From Conexivisphaerales archaeon (lineage in GTDB: Archaea > Thermoproteota > Nitrososphaeria > Conexivisphaerales > DTJL01): a stretch of 11,693 nt of DNA. This document shows, in pieces, positions 1 through 5,687 of the stretch. Where the stretch lies: contig JBEKZX010000048.1 of assembly GCA_049509455.1 (NCBI GenBank), positions 1-11,693 on the forward strand, given 5' to 3'. Made by a program: the position numbers and the translations under genes. Under the pieces are notes generated by a model that saw nothing but the letters and a program-made list of their open reading frames with translations, did no database searches and had not been told where the DNA came from. Numbering within the stretch: position 1 is the stretch's first letter; the number at the start of each line of letters is the position of its first letter.

Positions 1-1
1 T

Positions 2-841
2 GCCGACCCAGGAACCGGCGACCCCTTGAAGGACTTCGAAGAGATCGAGGGGGAGCTCGTGTCATGGTATCAGAAGATTATCGAGAGTAATCACGATAGG
101 ATAGTGAAGCGCCTCGATGCTCACCGAGCTCCGCTGGCCATCGCGGAGCCGCTAAAGGGAATGCGCGTGTCGGAGGACGACGTCTCCAAGGCGCTGGAGC
201 TAACGAAGCTCAATGGCTCTGAGTTCGACTCCTGGACCGGCGAGCAGCTCTGGAAGTTTACGGGGTTCCTCAGAGAAGTGTCCAAGCCCACCATATTGGT
301 AGCCAACAAAATGGATCTCCCTGGCGCCGTGAAGAACTATCGCAGGCTCCGGGACGCCAACCCGGACCTGATTACAGTGCCCGCCAGCGCAGAAGCCGAG
401 CTGGCCCTCCGGAAGGCTGAGCTGGGGAAGCTGATCAAGTACAACCCGGGCGACGAGAGCTTCGTCGTCTTGAATGACAAGGCCATGACGGAAAGGCAGA
501 AGTGGGCGCTCCAACACATCCAGAACATGGTTTTCAGGGAGTTCATGAGGACGGGCGTCCAGTTCGCCATAAACACGTCGGTGTTCAAGCTGCTGCGGAT
601 GAACGTCGTCTACCCCGTGTACGACCCCGAGAGGTTCTCCGACAAGCATAGCCACGTGCTCCCTGATGCCTATCTCGAGAAGGACGGTTCGACGGTGTCC
701 GACCTGGCCCAGGCCGTCCACACGCAACTGGCGAAGGGTCTGCTGTACGCCGTGGACGCCAGGACAAAGCTAAGGCTCCCCAACGACTACCACCTGAAGG
801 ACAGGGACGTCCTCAGCCTCGTCACCGCCTCCCAGAGGTAA
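2..841 (+). CDS. ychF: YchF/Obg-family translation-associated GTPase/ATPase, archaeal (Ygr210-like) type; 5'-truncated by the window edge
   Basis: The frame is open from position 2 (ADPGTGDPLKDFEEIE...), so the track's TTG at 26 is not the true start. It has a G4 motif (KPTILVANKMD), a G5-like SAEAEL and a C-terminal TGS domain (LPDAYL..GSTVSDLAQAVHT..AKGLLYAVDARTK..DRDVLSL). Stop TAA at 839-841. Confidence 0.9.
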   Translation, partial: ADPGTGDPLKDFEEIEGELVSWYQKIIESNHDRIVKRLDAHRAPLAIAEPLKGMRVSEDDVSKALELTKLNGSEFDSWTGEQLWKFTGFLREVSKPTILVANKMDLPGAVKNYRRLRDANPDLITVPASAEAELALRKAELGKLIKYNPGDESFVVLNDKAMTERQKWALQHIQNMVFREFMRTGVQFAINTSVFKLLRMNVVYPVYDPERFSDKHSHVLPDAYLEKDGSTVSDLAQAVHTQLAKGLLYAVDARTKLRLPNDYHLKDRDVLSLVTASQR

Positions 842-1385
842 GCTGCCCGCCGGCCACGACCCTTAGCCTCCGTCCCACGGCGTAGGCCAGCGCAGCCTTG
901 ATTGCATCCCAGGCCATGAAGGGGGAAAACGAGGTGGCGACCGCCAGGACGTCGCCGGACCTGAAATAGAGAAGGAAAAAGGCTATTCCCAGCGTGAAGA
1001 CGATAGTGAAGGCGCCTGCCAGGGCAATGATGTCCCCTCCCCTGCGCCTCCGCCCGGCAAGGATGGATTCCGCTAGAGCGGCGAGCGGGAACGCCAGCAG
1101 GAATCCCCCTGTCGGCCCCAGCAGAACCTGCGGGCCCCCTCCTCCATTGGCGAAGACGGGGAGCCCCGCCGTCCCCAGCAGGACGTAGAGGACCTGGCTT
1201 CCGGTGGCAGCCCATGGGTCGAGCACCAACCCCACAAGGTAGACGAAGAAGGTCTGCAGCGTGAAAGGCACCTCTCCGATGGGTATCGCTAGGTATGCCC
1301 CCAGGGCCATAAGCACGGCGAAGAGCGCCGAATAGGTCACTCGCTGCGCTCGCGACGCCACGTCGGGTCCTGAGGAAGGACTCAT
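822..1385 (-). CDS. bioY: BioY biotin transporter (ECF S-component)
   Basis: 187-aa hydrophobic protein with BioY motifs VPFTLQT, YVLLGTAGLPVFANGGGG and LLGPTGGFLLAF. It lies divergent from birA. Confidence 0.93.
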   Translation of the reverse strand: MSPSSGPDVASRAQRVTYSALFAVLMALGAYLAIPIGEVPFTLQTFFVYLVGLVLDPWAATGSQVLYVLLGTAGLPVFANGGGGPQVLLGPTGGFLLAFPLAALAESILAGRRRRGGDIIALAGAFTIVFTLGIAFFLLYFRSGDVLAVATSFSPFMAWDAIKAALAYAVGRRLRVVAGGQLTSGRR

Positions 1386-1393
1386 TTAATATA
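1385..1393 (+). promoter_or_regulatory. Putative archaeal TATA box for birA (TTTAATATA)
   Basis: AT-rich octamer in GC-rich context, 30-38 bp upstream of ATG 1423. The same TTTAATAT occurs at 10296-10303 before the PhoU regulator. Confidence 0.55.
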
Positions 1394-1423
1394 GTTAACC
1401 GGAGTCGTCCTCCTTGGTTAACA
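1393..1423. promoter_or_regulatory. Putative BirA operator: AGTTAACC-N15-GGTTAACA
   Basis: Perfect 7-bp inverted repeat GTTAACC (1394-1400) / GGTTAAC (1416-1422) between bioY and a wHTH-bearing birA. It resembles the known bioO architecture (E. coli TGTAAACC-N16-GGTTTACA; B. subtilis TGTTAAC-N16-GTTAAC). Confidence 0.75.
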
Positions 1424-2406
1424 TGGAGGGCCCTGTTCGTGAGCGGCTCCTCCCCCTTCTAAAGGTGGGCGAGGCCGTCTCCGGCGAAGAGCTGGCGGCG
1501 CGCCTGGGCGTGTCTCGCGTCGCCGTATGGAAGGGGATTAAGGAGCTCAAGGGTAGGGGAGTTCAGGTCGCTTCCGGTAGGAGGGGTTACTGGCTGTCGC
1601 AACCCGCCGACCTCATCTCCATCATAGCCCTGGAGGCCCTGCTGAAAGGGTGCCTCGTGGGGGGAACGATCGTGTACCGCGAATCGGTTGACTCCACCCA
1701 GTCGCTCGCCAGGGCCCTCGTTGAAGGAGGCGCCCATGATGGCCTCATCGTGGTGGCCGAACGGCAGTCGGAGGGCAGGGGAAGAATGGGCCGCAAATGG
1801 GTTTCGGACGCTGGCGGACTGTGGTTCACCATCGCCATACGGCCGAAGGTTTCGCCGGCCTTCCTCCAGGCGTGCACCTCTATGGTTTCGCTCAGCGTCC
1901 GCGACTCCATCCGCGCCCTTCTGGGTAGGGAGCCCCTGCTCAAATGGCCCAACGACGTTCTCGTCGGCAAGGGAAAGGTCTGCGGGGTCCTGAGCGAGGT
2001 GGCCGCGTCGGCGGACGAGATACGCTACGTCCTGCTGGGGGTCGGCGTGAACGTGAACAACGATGTAAGGTCCATAGGAGCGCGAGGAACTCCTGCGGCC
2101 TCGCTCAAGGAGCTCCTTGGACACGCGGTGCAGAGAGACGCTCTCCTAGTCTCTATCATCAAAGGTGTGGACATGAGGTATAGACGGGCGAGAAAGGAGG
2201 GTTTCGGCGCCCTCTTGGACGAGTATCGCGCCAGCTGCTCCACCGTCGGCAAAAGGGTGCGCGTGGAGTACACCGATTCAGTGATTGAAGGGATGGCAGT
2301 GGGCATCGACGAATTGGGGGCCCTGGTCGTGAAGTCGGATGGAAAGGTGTTCAAGGCGCACAGCGGAGACGTGGTGCACCTCCGGGCCAGACGACTTAAG
2401 CTCTGA
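1423..2406 (+). CDS. birA: Bifunctional biotin--protein ligase / biotin repressor (group II BirA with N-terminal wHTH)
   Basis: N-terminal HTH (SGEELAARLGVSRVAVWKGIKEL...GY), biotin-binding GRGRMGR, KWPND, KVCGVL and a C-terminal SH3-like domain (GIDELGALVV). Start ATG 1423 is preferred; an in-frame TTG at 1414 is the alternative. Confidence 0.95.
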   Translation: MEGPVRERLLPLLKVGEAVSGEELAARLGVSRVAVWKGIKELKGRGVQVASGRRGYWLSQPADLISIIALEALLKGCLVGGTIVYRESVDSTQSLARALVEGGAHDGLIVVAERQSEGRGRMGRKWVSDAGGLWFTIAIRPKVSPAFLQACTSMVSLSVRDSIRALLGREPLLKWPNDVLVGKGKVCGVLSEVAASADEIRYVLLGVGVNVNNDVRSIGARGTPAASLKELLGHAVQRDALLVSIIKGVDMRYRRARKEGFGALLDEYRASCSTVGKRVRVEYTDSVIEGMAVGIDELGALVVKSDGKVFKAHSGDVVHLRARRLKL

Positions 2407-2422
2407 AGAGTCTTCTGCAGCG

Positions 2423-2429
2423 TTTATTA
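2423..2429 (+). promoter_or_regulatory. Possible TATA box (TTTATTA) for the MoaD/ThiS-like gene
   Basis: The only AT-rich patch in the 56-bp intergenic region, 34-40 bp upstream of TTG 2463. Confidence 0.35.
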
Positions 2430-2462
2430 GGGCGCCAACGGCTTGAGGCGGGAGACTACTCC

Positions 2463-2762
2463 TTGAGCATCACCGTGAAGCTCTACGGAAGGATAAGGGA
2501 CTACTTCGGGACCCAAGAGATCGTTGTGGAGGACGAGGTCGAGACGGTGGGGGATCTAGTCGATATCCTAAACAGGAGGAGCGGTGGCAGGCTGTCCGAC
2601 TTCTTCTTCGACCCAGGGACGAGGGAGATCAGACCATCCTTCATCATGCTCGTCAACGGCCACAGCATACGCCTCTTGCACGGCCTAAAGACGCATCTTT
2701 ACGGGAACAACGACATCGTGATCGATAACATAGACATCTTAGAGACCGAAGGCGGGGGCTGA
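2463..2762 (+). CDS. MoaD/ThiS-family ubiquitin-like (SAMP-type) protein / sulfur carrier
   Basis: Beta-grasp pattern: ITVKLYGRIRDYFG, TVGDLVDIL, FIMLVNGHSIRLLHGLKTHL, and a C-terminal GGG. TTG start with GGAG 8 nt upstream. Confidence 0.85.
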   Translation: MSITVKLYGRIRDYFGTQEIVVEDEVETVGDLVDILNRRSGGRLSDFFFDPGTREIRPSFIMLVNGHSIRLLHGLKTHLYGNNDIVIDNIDILETEGGG

Positions 2763-2810
2763 CGGCTGCCGAGGGCAAAGCAGCTCCCATCAACGCCTAA
2801 TGCGAGAAGG

Positions 2811-2817
2811 TTTTATA
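2811..2817 (+). promoter_or_regulatory. Putative BRE/TATA (GAGAAGG-TTTTATA) for the GNAT-like gene
   Basis: Purine-rich tract followed by TTTTATA, 26-32 bp before ATG 2843, which fits a leaderless transcript. Confidence 0.6.
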
Positions 2818-2842
2818 GCCTAATTGCGGGTAAAGTGCTATC

Positions 2843-3571
2843 ATGCCCTCCAAATGGTCACCTCCGGAGAACGTGACTCTCAGCAAGGTCGAGATCAACG
2901 TCGAGGATCTCGAGCCCATCCTCCGTGGCCTCGAGTCGCCTCTTCTGCAGAACGAGTACCCAGCTAGGTATCTGACCCTCCCTACCGGCGACAAGCTGGT
3001 GGTAAGGAGGGCGAAGAAGGAGGAGGCGCCTCTTGTGATGCAAACGTGCCTCAAGCTCTTCGATAAGTCCACCGACTTCTACGACGTGGTGGCGCCGAGG
3101 GTCTATGCCGAGTTCGTCGGCTGGTACCGCAGCCGCGTCAAGGACCACGTCGCGCTGCTGGGGATTCTCAATGGCGAGCTGGCGGCGATCGCCAACTTCA
3201 GGCTCTGGGACGACAAGACCGCCATCAGCCTTCACACCCTGGCCTTCAAGAGGGGCTCCGGTATCGGCGCGCTCATGTACGTCGCCAAGATGGAGTATGC
3301 ATTCGACTTCATGGGCGTCAACGAGTGGTACGCCTGCTACGAGAGCTACACCGGCTTTCGCTACTGGGGGCTCAAGCTGGCGCAGCATGAGAAGCCCTTC
3401 CCCACGATGCAGCATGAGCTGGGCGGCTCCAGAATATACTTCAACACCAAGGACGACTGGGAACGCTTCGTCAAACCGCTCTTCGCCGAAAGGCTGGGCA
3501 CACGTCCGGTGCCTCCGGATGTCCTGGCCGCTGCGGAGACCGTGAAGATACCCGACAAAGTGGAGATATAG
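2843..3571 (+). CDS. GNAT-fold N-acyltransferase-like protein, substrate unknown
   Basis: 242 aa. It has a GNAT beta1-like LTLPTGDKLVVRRAKKEEA, GILNGELAAIANFR, and the acyl-CoA pyrophosphate-binding motif R-G-S-G-I-G (residues 137-142, fits R/Q-x-x-G-x-G/A). Third-position GC is high. No specific subfamily recognised. Confidence 0.6.
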   Translation: MPSKWSPPENVTLSKVEINVEDLEPILRGLESPLLQNEYPARYLTLPTGDKLVVRRAKKEEAPLVMQTCLKLFDKSTDFYDVVAPRVYAEFVGWYRSRVKDHVALLGILNGELAAIANFRLWDDKTAISLHTLAFKRGSGIGALMYVAKMEYAFDFMGVNEWYACYESYTGFRYWGLKLAQHEKPFPTMQHELGGSRIYFNTKDDWERFVKPLFAERLGTRPVPPDVLAAAETVKIPDKVEI

Positions 3572-3595
3572 AAAGCTGCGGGAAGCCGAGGCCTG

Positions 3596-3625
3596 TCCCT
3601 TCCATCTTTTTCATCCTCCGTTCCC
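3596..3625 (+). terminator. Possible archaeal pyrimidine/oligo-T terminator after the GNAT-like gene
   Basis: Pyrimidine-rich tract with TTTTT at 3607-3611, about 35 bp after the stop. No strong hairpin. Confidence 0.3.
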
Positions 3626-3692
3626 AGCGCGAGCTGTCAGTCATCGTACTCCGACAAGACTTATGAGGACATGCACTTCATAGCTAGGTCCG

Positions 3693-3992
3693 TTGAACAA
3701 CGGCCTGCTCGCCGGGCTCCTCTTCCTTTACATATTCGTCATCCAGTTCGTCCCATTAGCCTATTCGGTCAAGCTGGCGGCGCAGCTATCGATTGGGCTG
3801 GCGGGAGTCCTCCTGGGCTTCTACTTAGCCAAGCTGAACCTCGTGAAGGCCTCCACCTTGTTCCTGCCCGTAGTCGCCTACTTCGCTTTCCTGATCTACA
3901 CGAATTATGATGCGAGCTACATCTTCTTCGCGTCCTTCGGGTTACTCCTGGTCGTCGTGTTCGCCTTGACGTGGAGTATGAGACGCAAGTAG
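3693..3992 (+). CDS. Hypothetical small integral membrane protein (3-4 predicted TM helices)
   Basis: 99 aa, almost all hydrophobic, with a basic C-terminus (MRRK) and mostly G/C third positions. TTG is the only start after the in-frame TAG at 3681. No family recognised. Confidence 0.65.
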   Translation: MNNGLLAGLLFLYIFVIQFVPLAYSVKLAAQLSIGLAGVLLGFYLAKLNLVKASTLFLPVVAYFAFLIYTNYDASYIFFASFGLLLVVVFALTWSMRRK

Positions 3993-4005
3993 CGGCAAGT
4001 TACGC

Positions 4006-4012
4006 TTATATA
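4006..4012 (+). promoter_or_regulatory. Putative TATA box (TTATATA) of the decarboxylase operon
   Basis: Lies 27-33 bp upstream of ATG 4039, typical spacing for a leaderless archaeal transcript. Confidence 0.6.
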
Positions 4013-4038
4013 CGTCTGCAAATCCTTCCACGAACGTA

Positions 4039-4254
4039 ATGACATCCGATGTCGTTGCACCCATCCCCGGAAAGGTTCTTCGCATAAATTGCAGAATTGG
4101 AGACAAGGTGACGGCGGACACTTCGGTCGTCACGCTTGAGTCCATGAAGATGGAGATCGACGTGTACCCCGATGTGGCGGGGACACTCTCCGAGGTTCTT
4201 GTCAAGGTCGGGGATTTTGCCGAGCAGGGGAAGGTTCTAGCCAGAGTCGACTAG
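4039..4254 (+). CDS. Stand-alone biotin carboxyl carrier protein (single biotinyl domain)
   Basis: 71 aa: VVAPIPGKV..I...GDKV, the biotinylation motif LESMKME (Lys37, 34 residues from the C-terminus), and G.L.EVLVKVGD...G.VL. Confidence 0.92.
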   Translation: MTSDVVAPIPGKVLRINCRIGDKVTADTSVVTLESMKMEIDVYPDVAGTLSEVLVKVGDFAEQGKVLARVD

Positions 4255-4265
4255 GTGGAGATGCC

Positions 4266-4397
4266 TTGAGTGAGCTTGGGACGGCGCTCTACACGTCTGG
4301 CATCATATTCATCGTCCTCTTCTCCATGTCTGCCGCCGTGGCAGTGATAATACAGATCATCCACCGGGTGGTAGGTGGAAAGCGGCAGGGGAAGTGA
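4266..4397 (+). CDS. 43-aa single-TM protein, OadG/GcdD/MmdD-like membrane anchor (not in the ORF track)
   Basis: My translation: MSELGTALYTSGIIFIVLFSMSAAVAVIIQIIHRVVGGKRQGK. It has an SD-like GGTGGAG 5 nt before TTG 4266, and its TGA (4395-4397) overlaps the next gene's GTG (GTGA coupling). The G-I-I-F-I-V-L hydrophobic stretch plus basic tail resembles the OadG N-terminus. Confidence 0.75.
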   Translation: MSELGTALYTSGIIFIVLFSMSAAVAVIIQIIHRVVGGKRQGK

Positions 4398-5659
4398 CGG
4401 GAATGGTGGCCTTCGATCCCTCGCAGTTCTTCCCCGCCCTCCTCTCCTTCTTCCAGACGTCTCTTGAATACTCCCTCGTCAGAATAGGCCTCATCGCCGT
4501 GGGCGCCTTCATGGTCTGGACCGGTTACAAGCGCATCACGGAGCCGCTGATCATGATACCCATGGGCATAGGCCTGCTCTTTGTCAACACGGCTCTCTTC
4601 TTCATCACACCTCTCCCTCCTCTTCTCGCCGGCATCTCCAACCCGGACGTCAACCCGCTGGTAGGGGCCAACGCCACGAACTACGTCAACGCCACCTTTG
4701 AGACCAGCGCAGCCAACTCGATCTACTGGCTTCAGCCCATCTATTCCTTCACGTTCACGAACGGGCTCATCGCCTGCCTTGTCTTCTTGGGCATCGGTGC
4801 CATCACCGACCTCGACTTTCTGATCGCGCGGCCGTTTACCTCGATGATCCTCGCGGCCTTCGCCGAGCTGGGCACCGTGCTGACCTTTCCCCTAGCCATC
4901 GCCGCGGGGCTGAACCCTGGGCAGGCGGCTTCCGTCGCCATGGTCGGAGGAGCTGATGGCCCCATGGTCCTGTTCACTTCTCTTGCCCTGGCTAGGGATA
5001 TCTTCGTCCCCATCACCGTGGTGGCCTACATATACCTCTCTGTATTGTACCTCTTCCAAGGGAGGCTCAACGAGCTAACCATACCGGAGAAGCTGCGGGC
5101 CACCTTCATGGACTCCAGACAGCTCCCTAAGATATCTCAGCAGGAGAAGTTCCTGTTCGCGGTCATCGTGGGGACGGTGCTGAGCCTCCTCTTCCCGGTG
5201 GCGTCTCCGCTCTTCGCGGCTTTCTTCCTGGGCAACGCCATCAAGGAGAGCGGCGTGGAGCGCTTCAAGAAGCTAGCCGACGAGGTCATACTGAGCATCT
5301 CGACACTCTTCCTGGGCTTCGTGCTGGGGATGCTGCTCACTCCTACGACCGTGCTGGACTCAAGAATCTACCTCATCCTTGGCCTAGGCATAACGGCCCT
5401 GGTCCTCTCGGCGATAGGCGGGAACATAGGGGGGATCATCGCCTACTACTACACGAAGGGGAAGGTCAACCCTCTCCTGGGCTCGGCGGCCGTGTCGTGT
5501 GTCCCCACTAGCGCGAAGATAGCCCAGCTCAACGCCAGCAAGCTGAACAAGAAGAATTACATCGTCCTCTTCGCCATGGGCCCTAACGTGGCCGGAGTCA
5601 TCACGACGGCCATCGTGTGCGCGGCCTACCTTACGTTGGTGCCTGTGCTCTTCCACTAG
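4394..5659 (+). CDS. madB: Ion (Na+)-translocating carboxybiotin decarboxylase beta subunit (OadB/GcdB/MmdB/MadB family), MadB-like
   Basis: 421-aa polytopic membrane protein with family motifs EPLIMIPMGIG, GIGAITD, GGADGP, NPLLGSAAVS and AMGPNVAGVI. The variants WLQPIYSFTFTNGLIAC, GGADGPMVLF and VSCVPTSAKIAQ match my recollection of MadB rather than OadB (GGADGPTAI, SAVPMAARV). Confidence 0.9.
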   Translation: MTGMVAFDPSQFFPALLSFFQTSLEYSLVRIGLIAVGAFMVWTGYKRITEPLIMIPMGIGLLFVNTALFFITPLPPLLAGISNPDVNPLVGANATNYVNATFETSAANSIYWLQPIYSFTFTNGLIACLVFLGIGAITDLDFLIARPFTSMILAAFAELGTVLTFPLAIAAGLNPGQAASVAMVGGADGPMVLFTSLALARDIFVPITVVAYIYLSVLYLFQGRLNELTIPEKLRATFMDSRQLPKISQQEKFLFAVIVGTVLSLLFPVASPLFAAFFLGNAIKESGVERFKKLADEVILSISTLFLGFVLGMLLTPTTVLDSRIYLILGLGITALVLSAIGGNIGGIIAYYYTKGKVNPLLGSAAVSCVPTSAKIAQLNASKLNKKNYIVLFAMGPNVAGVITTAIVCAAYLTLVPVLFH

Positions 5660-5687
5660 CTGGCGCCGAAATGAGGCCCGAGGCTCC

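Noticed and set aside
200-727. 175-aa antisense ORF and other long alternative-frame ORFs (e.g. 1459-2124, 2858-3415, 6474-7040, 8391-8834, 9657-10208)
   Set aside because: They shadow well-supported genes, lack recognisable motifs, and are expected from high third-position GC, which suppresses stops in other frames.
2765-2784. GCTGC...GCAGC hairpin after the Ubl gene
   Set aside because: Short GC stem with no T-tract, common by chance at this GC content.
3662-3682. TATGA-N11-TCATA inverted repeat
   Set aside because: Arms are only 5 bp and there is no second copy, so it is within chance expectation.
3663-3692. In-frame ATG 3663 then TAG 3681 upstream of the orphan membrane ORF (possible amber readthrough or pseudogene)
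   Set aside because: It would add only 10 unremarkable residues (MRTCTS*LGP). There is no pyl context and no evidence for a longer ancestral gene.
4255-4269. Mini-ORF GTG-GAG-ATG-CCT-TGA overlapping the micro-anchor start
   Set aside because: Four codons, fully explained by the SD sequence and the TTG start of the 43-aa gene.
4039-5659. Calling the operon a complete malonate decarboxylase
   Set aside because: No MadA, ACP (MadE), MadC/D, CitG/MadG or MadLM genes are in the window. Only the beta subunit motif pattern is MadB-like, so the substrate is undetermined.
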